A stretch of 64,000 nucleotides of DNA from Dehalococcoidia bacterium (GCA_034422595.1 DAOUJO010000001.1:491039-555038); one strand, 5' to 3'. Positions 18,284 to 28,571 are shown, counted from the first letter of the stretch. The notes: generated by a model from the sequence alone, not told the origin. Program-made: numbers and translations.

Positions 18284-19549
18284 ATGTACGAACGCACTGT
18301 CCTGCCCAACGGCCTCCGGGTGCTCTCCAGCACCATGCCGCACGTCCGCTCCGTCGCCACCGGCATCTTCGTCGGCGCGGGGTCCCGGTACGAGGACGAC
18401 GACATCGCCGGGGCCTCCCACTTCCTGGAGCACATGCTCTTCAAGGGCACGGAGAAGCGCCCCGAGCCGCAGATGATCTCCCGCGCCATCGAGTCCGTCG
18501 GCGGCATCCTCAACGCCAGCACCGACCGCGAGGCCACGCTCTACTACACGAAGGTCGCGCGCGACCACTTCGACATCGCGCTCGACGTGCTCACCGACAT
18601 GTACAACTCCCCGCTGTTCGTGCCGGACGAGGTCGAGCGCGAGCGCGGCGTCATCCTCGAAGAGCTGGCGATGACCTACGACCACCCGGACTCCCTCGCC
18701 GACCTGCTCATCGACCACGCGCTCTGGCCCGACCAGCCGATGGGGCGCGACGTCGGCGGCACGCGCGAGTCCGTCGGCGGCATCACGAAGGAGCAATTGG
18801 CCGCCTACCACGCGCGGCAGTACGTCCCCTCGAACACCGTCGTTGCAGTCGCCGGGAACGTCGAGCACGGGGAGGTCGTCGAACGCGTCGGGGCGCTGCT
18901 CGGGTACGAGCGAGCGCGCGAGACGCTCACGATGCGCCCGGTGCTTCCGGACGAGGACAGCGGCGTGCGCGTGCAGATCGGGAACCGCAAGACGGACCAG
19001 GCGCACATCTGCCTCGCCGTCGACGGCCCCGCCACGAACTCCGACGACCGGTACGCCGTGGACATGATGAACACCGTGCTCGGCGAGGGAATGAGCAGCC
19101 GCCTGTTCGTGGAGCTTCGCGAGCGTCGCGGCCTCGCCTACGACGTGCACAGCAGCGCGATGCACTACCACGACTGTGGCGCGCTCCTCGTGAGTTGCGG
19201 CGTGGACACCTCGAACGCCGACGAGGCGGTGCGGGCCATCCTGCGCGAGCAGTACGGGATGCAGGAGGGCGTCACGGAGGATGAGCTGTCGCGCGCCGTG
19301 GAGTACGCGGTGGGACGGCTCGGCCTGCGGCTGGAGGACACGCGCGCGGTCATGGGGTGGATGGGCGGCCAGGAGCTGCTGCGGAACGAGGTGCGGACGC
19401 CCGAGCAGGTGGTCGCCAGCATCCGCGACATCACGACGGACGAGGTCACGGAGGCGGCGCGGCGGTACTTCGGTCCCGGCGTGTACCGGCTCTCGGTCGT
19501 GGGTCCGTACCGCTCGCAGGCGCGGTTCGAGAAGCTGCTGGCGGCGTAA
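18284..19549 (+). CDS. M16-family zinc peptidase (pitrilysin-like)
   Basis: ORF 18284..19549. Inverted zinc motif HFLEHMLFKGT. Confidence 0.88.
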   Translation: MYERTVLPNGLRVLSSTMPHVRSVATGIFVGAGSRYEDDDIAGASHFLEHMLFKGTEKRPEPQMISRAIESVGGILNASTDREATLYYTKVARDHFDIALDVLTDMYNSPLFVPDEVERERGVILEELAMTYDHPDSLADLLIDHALWPDQPMGRDVGGTRESVGGITKEQLAAYHARQYVPSNTVVAVAGNVEHGEVVERVGALLGYERARETLTMRPVLPDEDSGVRVQIGNRKTDQAHICLAVDGPATNSDDRYAVDMMNTVLGEGMSSRLFVELRERRGLAYDVHSSAMHYHDCGALLVSCGVDTSNADEAVRAILREQYGMQEGVTEDELSRAVEYAVGRLGLRLEDTRAVMGWMGGQELLRNEVRTPEQVVASIRDITTDEVTEAARRYFGPGVYRLSVVGPYRSQARFEKLLAA

Positions 19550-19581
19550 GCAACCCTCGGGGCACCGCGGCACCGGTGCAG

Positions 19582-19686
19582 TGTCATGTTGAGCGAAGCC
19601 GAAACATCTCTCAGGTGACGTCCCGCTCGATGAGGCGTCCCCCGAGAGATTCCTCGACTCCGCTGCGCTCCGCTCGGAATGACACG
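19582..19686. repeat. Two adjacent, oppositely oriented copies of the short GC-rich repeat family
   Basis: Unit A at 19582-19615 is tgtcatgttgagcgaagccgaaacatctctcagg. Unit B at 19641-19686 is cccgagagattcctcgactccgctgcgctccgctcggaatgacacg, whose reverse complement starts GTCATTCCGAGCGGAGCG. Confidence 0.6.
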
Positions 19687-19691
19687 TCTCC

Positions 19692-19979
19692 TCAGACGAT
19701 GCGTAGCCCGATCTCGACGAAGAGCCAGATGAGCGAGGTGATGCCGGCGCTGCCGCTGATGATCATGAGATCGCGGCGGTGCAGGCGCCAGCCCTCGTAG
19801 ATGTCGGCGTCGTGGGCGGGCGTGTCGAGCAGGAAGCGCTCGATGCCGCGCAGGCGGGCGTCGATCGCGTCGAGCTTGGCCGACCAGACGCGCTCGGTCA
19901 GTTCGTGCTCCCGAGCGTGCGCCTCGCTCTCCGCTTCCAGCGCGGCGAGCCGTTCCTTCTGTGTCAGCACCGTGGTCAT
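19692..19979 (-). CDS. Small coiled-coil protein with a C-terminal TM helix (tail-anchored). Function unknown.
   Basis: Last 95 codons of ORF 19692..20513, from ATG 19979 (MTTVLTQKERLAALEAE...ISGSAGITSLIWLFVEIGL). ATGA overlap with the upstream gene. Confidence 0.55.
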   Translation of the reverse strand: MTTVLTQKERLAALEAESEAHAREHELTERVWSAKLDAIDARLRGIERFLLDTPAHDADIYEGWRLHRRDLMIISGSAGITSLIWLFVEIGLRIV

Positions 19980-20797
19980 GCCACACCTCCCAGGCGATAG
20001 GGTTCGAGCAGCAGGCGGACGTCCGTGTCGAGGTCCGCGTCGACGTAGAACGGCTCGAAGGCGGGCGCGCGCGTCCACAGGCGCGCCGCGTTGATGAGCG
20101 CCGCCCGCTCCACCGGCGCGGGCCACCGCACAATGTAGAGCGTGCCGTTGAGCTGGTGCTGCTGCGGGGACGAGCCGTTCAGCCCGCGCGTCACCGTGAG
20201 CCGGTTGGATGAGACGGTGCGCACGAGCATCCGCTCGGAGCCTGCGGCTATCGTCTGCCCCACCGCGAAGTCGGAGCCGTTGCTCACGTCCAGCAGCGTC
20301 GCGGTCTCGCTCAGGCTGCTCCGGAGCCGAGAGCGCGCATGCTCCAGCCGCTCGCCGAAGCCCCACCTGCCGCGCACCTCGTAGCGGGCGGGGCCGCGCT
20401 CGAACCGCTGCCGCGGGCCGTTGCCGCGCACCCGGAGCGTGTGGTACGGCCTGCCCCAGTGCTCCTCCGGCGACGCGTTCAGGGGCAGCAGGTGGTACTC
20501 CGACGACTGCCACGAGGTGCGGTAGTCGCCGGTCTCGTCGTCGTCCGAGCGCACCGACGAGACCGCGATGGTGTCCGGCAGCGGGAGCACGGCCTCGCCG
20601 GTGCCGTCGAACCAGCGCGTCTCGGTGAGCGCGTAGAAGTGGCGGTTGCAGTGACTGTCGACCGCCTCCGACACCGCGAGCAGCAGGTTGAGCAGCGCAA
20701 CGTCGGCGCCGCTGCCGCCGGCCGGATTGTCCAGCAGCGACGCATCCTTCAACTTGGTCAGGTCTCCGTACAGCGAGCGGTATGCCTCCGTGCCCAT
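19976..20797 (-). CDS. Phage-like protein with a gp6-type head-tail connector-like N-terminus
   Basis: Within ORF 19976..20914, start ATG 20797. N-terminus LTKLKDASLL...LLNLLLAVSEAVDSHCNRHF resembles the connector/adaptor family. A C-terminal ...LTVTRGLNGSSPQQH motif resembles phage structural proteins. This is recollection, not a search. Confidence 0.55.
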   Translation of the reverse strand: MGTEAYRSLYGDLTKLKDASLLDNPAGGSGADVALLNLLLAVSEAVDSHCNRHFYALTETRWFDGTGEAVLPLPDTIAVSSVRSDDDETGDYRTSWQSSEYHLLPLNASPEEHWGRPYHTLRVRGNGPRQRFERGPARYEVRGRWGFGERLEHARSRLRSSLSETATLLDVSNGSDFAVGQTIAAGSERMLVRTVSSNRLTVTRGLNGSSPQQHQLNGTLYIVRWPAPVERAALINAARLWTRAPAFEPFYVDADLDTDVRLLLEPYRLGGVA

Positions 20798-20799
20798 GA

Positions 20800-21261
20800 T
20801 CAGCGCTCCTCCGTGTATTCGACGATGAACTTGTGCGACGTGGTCGGCCGCGTTATCCAGCGGAAGCTGAGCGGCTCGTTCCTCGCGCCCGCCGGGCCCG
20901 CTCCCCGTCCCCACGTGCGGGTCGAGCCCGAGCCGTGGTCCGGCACGCGCACGTAGTCGATAGCCTTGCGCGGGCTCGACGCGATGGTTGCGCCCGAGCC
21001 GAAGTAGACCTCGCAGAAGTGGAGGTTGTCGGATGTCGGCTGGTGGACGGTGATGTTGATGAGGCGCAGCCGCTTGCCCGTGCCGGGGCGCAGCAGGGTG
21101 ACGCGGCTCGTTGAGCGCCGTGTATCGCTGAAGAACATCGTCTGCGTGTCCGACAGGTCGACCAGGTAGCCGGGCGTGTAGCGCCGCAGGCCGTCCTGCC
21201 GCGCCGCCCTCGGACGCACCGTTGGCGCGTAGTCGCTTCTCCTTCGTTGCTCGTCTGCCAT
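20800..21261 (-). CDS. Hypothetical beta-rich protein, first gene of the phage-like cassette
   Basis: Within ORF 20800..21291. Start ATG 21261 preceded by GGAGGAG. Two-nt gap to the next gene. Confidence 0.5.
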   Translation of the reverse strand: MADEQRRRSDYAPTVRPRAARQDGLRRYTPGYLVDLSDTQTMFFSDTRRSTSRVTLLRPGTGKRLRLINITVHQPTSDNLHFCEVYFGSGATIASSPRKAIDYVRVPDHGSGSTRTWGRGAGPAGARNEPLSFRWITRPTTSHKFIVEYTEER

Positions 21262-21295
21262 CGCTCCTCCTTCTGCTCGCGCCGGAGACACAACA

Positions 21296-21326
21296 AGCCC
21301 CCGGCCTCGTCTGATGACCGGGGGCT
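21296..21326 (-). terminator. GC-rich hairpin (9-bp stem), followed on the minus strand by cttgttgtgt. Possible terminator or attenuator.
   Basis: Arms agcccccgg (21296-21304) and ccgggggct (21318-21326). Lies 35 nt upstream of the start at 21261. Confidence 0.35.
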
Positions 21327-21688
21327 CGTCCCTCGCGCAGTACCGTGGGTCACCCCACGCCGTATAGGTTATGCAACCAGCCTACATCCGCCCTGCCCGA
21401 CCTCGAAAGGGGCCGGTGTCACAATCTCCAAGCCGGGTTTCCTATTACATTATGTGTGTCGCAGAGTGTCGCATCCCGTCGCTTCCACTCGTGGTCCCGG
21501 CGGCCCGCCTGCGACCCGATCGCGACGTTTTGCGCCTGCGACGAGACGGGATGCGCCGTGAGTGAGACATAACGCGACAAGTCCCGGAGGGATCGAGGAG
21601 GGGAAGGCTGCCGGCCGCTCGCGTCACGGAGACAGCGTACGCGGTCGCGGGGCGATGGGGGAAGGGGCGGGTGTCAGCAACGTATCGC

Positions 21689-22621
21689 CTAGCCGTCAAC
21701 CTCAACCTTGTCCACCGCGAATCGCTCACCCTCGGGGGGAGAAGCCTGCCCTTCATTATCCCATCCCCAGCAGACAGCAAAGCCATCTGGACGCAGGCCG
21801 CACGTGTGTGCTCCTCCACTGCTGATGGAGACGAATCTCTCTTCCGGAGGCGATGCCTGTCCATACTCGTCGTCCCCCCAACAGACCGCAGTGCCATCTG
21901 GACGCAGGCCGCACGTATGTCCTCCTCCACTGCTGATGGAAGTCAACTCTTCGTCTGGAGGAGACGTCTGCCCGTGAATGTTGTTGCCCCAACAGACAGC
22001 AGAACCATCCGGACGCAGGCCGCATGTATGCCATACACCAGTACTGATGGAAGTCAACTGTTCGTCCGGAGGGGCAGCACGCCCATCCTGGTCATCTCCC
22101 CAGCAGACGGCACGGCCATCCTCACGCAGACCGCACGTGTGAAACACGCCACTACTGACCAAGACGAACCGCTCTCCACCAGGAGGCTTTCCAAGTCTCA
22201 TCTGGCGGATATCCCAGCAGACGGGGCGACCGTCCTCACGCAGACCGCACGTGTGAAACGCGCCACTACTGATGAAGGCCAACCCTTCGTAAGGAGCATT
22301 CGTCTGCCCGTATCTGTCGCTTCCCCAGCACACGACGCGACCGTCATCGCGCAGGCCGCACGCATGCCCTCCCCCACTGCTGACGGATACCCACTTTTCG
22401 TCCGCAGGAGGCCTCAGGCCAATCCTGCGGGTACCCCAACAGACCGCAACGCCATCCGGACGTAAGCCACACGTATGTGCCAGACCGCTGCTGAGCGTAG
22501 TGAACTGCTCCGACACATGGAAGTCAGCCGGGGCAGAGTCACACCCTCCAAGTGCAAGCGCAAGGAAAGTGAGGGCAGTGAGCGCAGGAACTCGCCGCAC
22601 CATTAGCCAGAAGTACCTCAT
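21689..22621 (-). CDS. RCC1-repeat (seven-blade beta-propeller type) putative lipoprotein
   Basis: ORF 21689..22621. Signal peptide ending LALGGC. Seven units of SSGxxHTCGLRxDGxxVCWG at about 37-aa spacing. Confidence 0.8.
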   Translation of the reverse strand: MRYFWLMVRRVPALTALTFLALALGGCDSAPADFHVSEQFTTLSSGLAHTCGLRPDGVAVCWGTRRIGLRPPADEKWVSVSSGGGHACGLRDDGRVVCWGSDRYGQTNAPYEGLAFISSGAFHTCGLREDGRPVCWDIRQMRLGKPPGGERFVLVSSGVFHTCGLREDGRAVCWGDDQDGRAAPPDEQLTSISTGVWHTCGLRPDGSAVCWGNNIHGQTSPPDEELTSISSGGGHTCGLRPDGTAVCWGDDEYGQASPPEERFVSISSGGAHTCGLRPDGFAVCWGWDNEGQASPPEGERFAVDKVEVDG

Positions 22622-22751
22622 AGACCATCTGAGAATCTACAACCGTATGAATGACATAGGGGTGACGTTCTGGCCGATATTCGATTACGTTATGGTGACG
22701 TTATCCTGCGTTCCGCTCCCATCCCCCCACCCCACGTGCGCTGCCCGCGCA

Positions 22752-22780
22752 CCCTGGATTCCAGCCGGTGCTGGAATGAC
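22752..22780. repeat. Hairpin repeat element of the GTCATTCC...GGAATCCAGG type
   Basis: ccctggattccagccggtgctggaatgac. Arms attccagc and gctggaat. Shares the ggaatgac end with unit B at 19641-19686. Confidence 0.5.
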
Positions 22781-22821
22781 GAGGCTTGCCAGCGAGCGCC
22801 CGTCTTCGAAGCAACGACGAG

Positions 22822-24333
22822 TCACCCCCCAAACCTGCTGCGCAGCTCATTCTTGAGCACCTTGCCGAGGGCGTTGCGCGGGAGCTCCGGCACGAAGGCC
22901 ACCTGCTCCGGGCGCTTGAAGCGCGCGAGGGTGTGGCAGGCGTCGAGCAGCGACTCCTCCGACGGCTCCGCGCCCGATGTCGGCACGACGACCGCCATGA
23001 CGCGCTCGCCCCAGGTCTCGTCCGGCACGCCGATGACGGCGCACTCCTCGACGCCGGGACAGGCGTGCAGCAACTGCTCCACCTCCTCCGGCGCGACCAT
23101 CTCGCCGCCGCGCTTGATGAAGTCCTTCGCGCGCCCGGTGAGGTAGATGTAGCCGTCCTCGTCCATGTAGCCGAGGTCGCCGGTGAAGAGCCAGCCGCCA
23201 TGCACCGTCTGCGCGGTCGCCTCCGGCTGCCCCCAGTAGCCGCGCATCAGGCGGGGGCCGCGCGCCGCGATCTCGCCCTGCCCGCCAGCCGGGAGCTCGT
23301 GGCCGTCCTCGTCGACGATGCGCACCTCGACGTCCGGCAGCGGCCTGCCGATGCTCCGCAGGTGGCGGCGGCGCTTCTCGACAACCTCCGGCGGCCCCTC
23401 CAGGACGTGGTCCTCGGGCGGCACCATCGCGATGGTCGAGCCGGTCTCCGTCTGGCCGAACGCGTTGATGAACTGCACGCCCGGCATCGACGCGACCGCC
23501 CGCTCGATCACGGGCGGCGGCATCGACGCTCCGCCGTAGGTCAGCACGCGCAGGCTGGAGAGGTCGTGGGCCGGGAACTCCGGGTGGTCGAGCAGCTGCT
23601 TGAGCATCGTGGGGACGATGAGCGCGCGCTCGATGCGGTGCTCCTGCACCAGCGCCATCCACTCGCGCGGCTCGAACTGGCGCTGCAGGACGACGGTGCG
23701 TCCGCCGAAGACGCCCGCGAGCGCCGCCTGCAGCCCGGCGATGTGGTAGAGCGGCAGCGTCAGCAGCGTGCGCTCCTCCACGTCCGGGTCCGGCGGCTCC
23801 ATGTTCGCGAGCATGAACGACGTGAAGCTGTCGTGGGAGAGCATCACCGCCTTCGGCTGTCCGGTCGTCCCGGCCGTGAAGAGCAGCACCGCCGTGTCCT
23901 CGGGCGAACCCTCCGGAAAGAGCATCTCGTCCTCGCCGCCCTCCGCGAGCAACGCCTCGTACGAGCGCCAGCCGTCCTGCGGCGTGCCGTCGACGGCGAG
24001 GACGCTCGTAGATGCGGCGTCGGCGCCGAGCCCCGCGATGAGCGGCGCGTACCGCTCGCCAGCGACGATCACCTTCGGCGACGCATGGCGCAGCGGGTAG
24101 CCGACCTCCTCGCCGTGGCCCCGGAAGTTCAGCGGCACGTAGACGGCGTCCAGCCGCGCGGCGGCGAAGTACGCCTCGAAGTGCACAGGCGTGTTGACGT
24201 CCATGACGGCGACGCGGTCTCCCTGCCCGACGCCCTGTGCGGCGAGCGCGTTGGCGAGCCGGTTCGCGCGGTCGGCGAGCCCGGCGTACGTGAGCGTGAC
24301 GCCGTCGTGGACGAGCGCGGCGCGCTCCGGCAC
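22822..24333 (-). CDS. AMP-dependent acyl-CoA synthetase/ligase
   Basis: ORF 22822..24333 (GTG start). FTAGTTGQPKAV AMP-binding motif. The in-frame upstream LHTHDILTIAAAI also looks coding, so the true start may lie upstream at a non-canonical codon. Confidence 0.9.
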   Translation of the reverse strand: MPERAALVHDGVTLTYAGLADRANRLANALAAQGVGQGDRVAVMDVNTPVHFEAYFAAARLDAVYVPLNFRGHGEEVGYPLRHASPKVIVAGERYAPLIAGLGADAASTSVLAVDGTPQDGWRSYEALLAEGGEDEMLFPEGSPEDTAVLLFTAGTTGQPKAVMLSHDSFTSFMLANMEPPDPDVEERTLLTLPLYHIAGLQAALAGVFGGRTVVLQRQFEPREWMALVQEHRIERALIVPTMLKQLLDHPEFPAHDLSSLRVLTYGGASMPPPVIERAVASMPGVQFINAFGQTETGSTIAMVPPEDHVLEGPPEVVEKRRRHLRSIGRPLPDVEVRIVDEDGHELPAGGQGEIAARGPRLMRGYWGQPEATAQTVHGGWLFTGDLGYMDEDGYIYLTGRAKDFIKRGGEMVAPEEVEQLLHACPGVEECAVIGVPDETWGERVMAVVVPTSGAEPSEESLLDACHTLARFKRPEQVAFVPELPRNALGKVLKNELRSRFGG

Positions 24334-24407
24334 GATGGCGGCGGCGATGGTGAGGATGTCGTGGGTGTGCAGGGCAACTCTCCGGCGGGCGGAACGCGCC
24401 CGTCAGG

Positions 24408-25124
24408 TTAGCGTAGCCGAGCGGCGAGCCGCCGTTCAAGCCGCAGGCCGTCGGCGAGCGTCATGTCGGCGCCCTCGTTGACGGCGCGCTTCGCCAGCGC
24501 GAGCGCCCCGGCGGGCGCGGATGCGACCTCCCGCAGGCGGGCCTCCGCCACTATCTTGAGCTGCTCGCGGGGCACGAGCCAGTCGACGAACCCGGCGCGC
24601 ACCGCCTCGCCCGACGTCATCCGCCTGCCCGTGAGCGCGAGCTCCATCGCGCGCGACAGCCCGACGATGCGCGGGAGCGACTGCGTACCGCCCGCGGCAG
24701 GGATGAGGCCGAGCGACGCCTCCGGCAGCGCGAAGACGGCGTCCTGCGATGCGATGCGGAGGTCGCAGAGGGCGGCGATCTCGAGGCCGGATCCGAAGCA
24801 GTAGCCGTGTACGGCGGCCATCGTGGGCTTTGGCAGCTCCGCCAGGGCGCTCCAGAGGTCGCGCGCCCACCGCACGTAGCGGGCGACGGCCTGTGACGGG
24901 GCGGTGCCGAACTCGGTGAGGTCCGCGCCCGCGCAGAAGCCGCGCTCGCCGTCGCCGGCGATGAGCAGGCCCCGCACCTCGGCGTCGTCGCGCACCGCGC
25001 TCAGCGCATCGGAGAGCTCGTCGCGCATCCGCACGTTGAAGGCGTTGACCGCATCGGGACGGCACAGCGCGACGACTGCGACGCCGTCCCGTTTCTCGTA
25101 GCGCAGGGTGTCGAAGCCGCTCAT
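24408..25124 (-). CDS. Enoyl-CoA hydratase/isomerase (crotonase)
   Basis: ORF 24408..25124: GDGERGFCAGADL, HGYCFGSGLEIA. Confidence 0.88.
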   Translation of the reverse strand: MSGFDTLRYEKRDGVAVVALCRPDAVNAFNVRMRDELSDALSAVRDDAEVRGLLIAGDGERGFCAGADLTEFGTAPSQAVARYVRWARDLWSALAELPKPTMAAVHGYCFGSGLEIAALCDLRIASQDAVFALPEASLGLIPAAGGTQSLPRIVGLSRAMELALTGRRMTSGEAVRAGFVDWLVPREQLKIVAEARLREVASAPAGALALAKRAVNEGADMTLADGLRLERRLAARLR

Positions 25125-25139
25125 CGCCCCTCGAACCCC

Positions 25140-25817
25140 TTACTGACCCTCGAACCGGGGCTTGCGCTTCTCGGCGAAGGCTCGCAGCCCCTCGGCGCGG
25201 TCGGCGGTCGAGTGCAGCAGGATGCTCAGGTCGGACTCCAGCCGCATACCGTTGCGCAGGGGGAGGTCGGCGGACGCGGCGATGGCCTCCTTCACGTACT
25301 GCGCGGCGATGGGACCCGCGTCAGCGATCGCCGCAGCGAGTTCCTCGGCGTCCTCCACGACGCCAACGTCGTGCACGAGCCCGGTGCGGAACGCTTCGTC
25401 GGCGTCGAGCGTTTCGCCGGTGAGCAGCAGGCGCAGCGCCTGCCCCCGGCCCACCGCTCGCGTGAGCCGTTGAGTCCCGCCGTTCGAGGGGATGCGTCCC
25501 TCGCGCACGTGTCCCATGCGGAATGCCGCCGACTCGCCCGCGAGCCGGATGTCGGCTGCCAGCGCCAGTTCGAGCGCCTCGTCGTGGCAGTCGCCGTCGA
25601 CCCACGCAACGACAGGGATGCGCAGGGCCGCCAGGGCGGCGACGGGGTCGTCGTCGGATGCGTTGCGCAGGCTGGCGCCAATGGCGCTCCAGTCGCCCGA
25701 CAGCAGCAGAACGCGCGCCCCGGTATCGGCGTCCAATGCGAGCAGCGCGGCGGTCAGGGCGGCCGGGTCCGCGTCGAGCGTCAGCCGTGCGATGGGGTTG
25801 GGGTTGTCGGTGGTCAT
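25140..25817 (-). CDS. Enoyl-CoA hydratase/isomerase family protein (divergent)
   Basis: ORF 25140..25817: GGTQRLTRAVGRGQALRLLLTGETLDADEA. Confidence 0.8.
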   Translation of the reverse strand: MTTDNPNPIARLTLDADPAALTAALLALDADTGARVLLLSGDWSAIGASLRNASDDDPVAALAALRIPVVAWVDGDCHDEALELALAADIRLAGESAAFRMGHVREGRIPSNGGTQRLTRAVGRGQALRLLLTGETLDADEAFRTGLVHDVGVVEDAEELAAAIADAGPIAAQYVKEAIAASADLPLRNGMRLESDLSILLHSTADRAEGLRAFAEKRKPRFEGQ

Positions 25818-25860
25818 GCGATCTCCTACTCACATTCTACGCGCCCTTGCCACGCAACCC

Positions 25861-25890
25861 TTGACAGCCCCAGCCGGTTGCCCGTACGAT
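25861..25890 (+). promoter_or_regulatory. groESL promoter candidate (TTGACA-N18-TACGAT)
   Basis: TTGACA at 25861-25866 and TACGAT at 25885-25890, immediately upstream of the CIRCE-like element. Confidence 0.5.
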
Positions 25891-25900
25891 GCGCGGTGGA

Positions 25901-25927
25901 TTAGCAGTCAGGCTATTCGACTGCTAA
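25901..25927 (+). promoter_or_regulatory. CIRCE-like HrcA operator (TTAGCAGTC-N9-GACTGCTAA)
   Basis: Perfect 9-bp inverted repeat with a 9-nt spacer. It differs from the TTAGCACTC-N9-GAGTGCTAA consensus by one compensated position per arm. Lies 60 nt upstream of groES. Confidence 0.7.
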
Positions 25928-25986
25928 CAGACGATTAAAGCGAGTGCTAGCAGATGCACCCGCTGAATGCCGAGAAGGAGGTAATC

Positions 25987-27953
<1,967 letters not shown>

Positions 27954-27976
27954 TCCAACGCCAACACGGCTCACGT

Positions 27977-28013
27977 GAAGAAGCCCCTGCGAACGCAGGG
28001 GCTTCTTTGCTTC
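27977..28013 (+). terminator. Rho-independent terminator of groESL
   Basis: Stem gaagcccctgc (27980-27990) pairs with gcaggggcttc (27995-28005). Loop gaac, followed by tttgcttc. Confidence 0.7.
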
Positions 28014-28031
28014 AGCGGGGAGGCAGCCTGC

Positions 28032-28571
28032 TCACTCCCGCAATCTCCGCAACCCGGCGGTTACGGACGCGAGGCCGCTCGCCAGGGCGTCCTGATGCTC
28101 CACGACCTGGTCATGAGTGAGCGTCCGCCCCCCGCCGTTCTCGCCGTCGAACGTGATCCTCTCTCCGAAAGAGAAATAGCCGGCCCACCTGCTCATGACG
28201 TCGTTCAGCCGTTCGTTGCCGTAGTCGGGGTATGCGGCGCCGAATGAGAAGTCCCGGAGCCCCGCCCGGTAGACCCTGCCCGGCTCCGGGAAGAACCATG
28301 CAACCGCTACAGGGGTATTCCATATCTCCTTTGGCACGTCTACCTGTATCGACAGTCCCTCCCCACGCCGGGCAACCTTCGCGCCACTCTCACGGGCAAC
28401 ATCGAAAAGGTGCTTGGCGGCCGCGCGTACGGGTTCCCTGGGAAGCCGGCCATAGAATCCCTCCGTTACGCTTGTCCGTGTTCGCATGGGCAGGTCCTTA
28501 ACCGGCAGGACAGAAATGGCTCCGATGCCCTTCCTCACAAAGATCTGCTCAGCCATGCGCAGCACCTCCAT
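28032..28571 (-). CDS. Hypothetical protein (no family recognised)
   Basis: ORF 28032..28571. Non-junk composition. An alternative start is ATG 28556 (MAEQIFV...). Confidence 0.5.
   Translation of the reverse strand: MEVLRMAEQIFVRKGIGAISVLPVKDLPMRTRTSVTEGFYGRLPREPVRAAAKHLFDVARESGAKVARRGEGLSIQVDVPKEIWNTPVAVAWFFPEPGRVYRAGLRDFSFGAAYPDYGNERLNDVMSRWAGYFSFGERITFDGENGGGRTLTHDQVVEHQDALASGLASVTAGLRRLRE

Noticed and set aside
21689-22621. Regular periodicity of about 111 nt, considered as a possible CRISPR array or non-coding tandem repeat.
   Set aside because: The repeats are in-frame coding units of an RCC1-type propeller. They have no unique spacers, and no cas genes are in the window.
25941-25951. 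A second CIRCE-like half-site, gagtgctagca, downstream of the main operator.
   Set aside because: No matching TTAGCACTC arm lies 9 nt upstream. Only one half is present, so it was not called as an operator.
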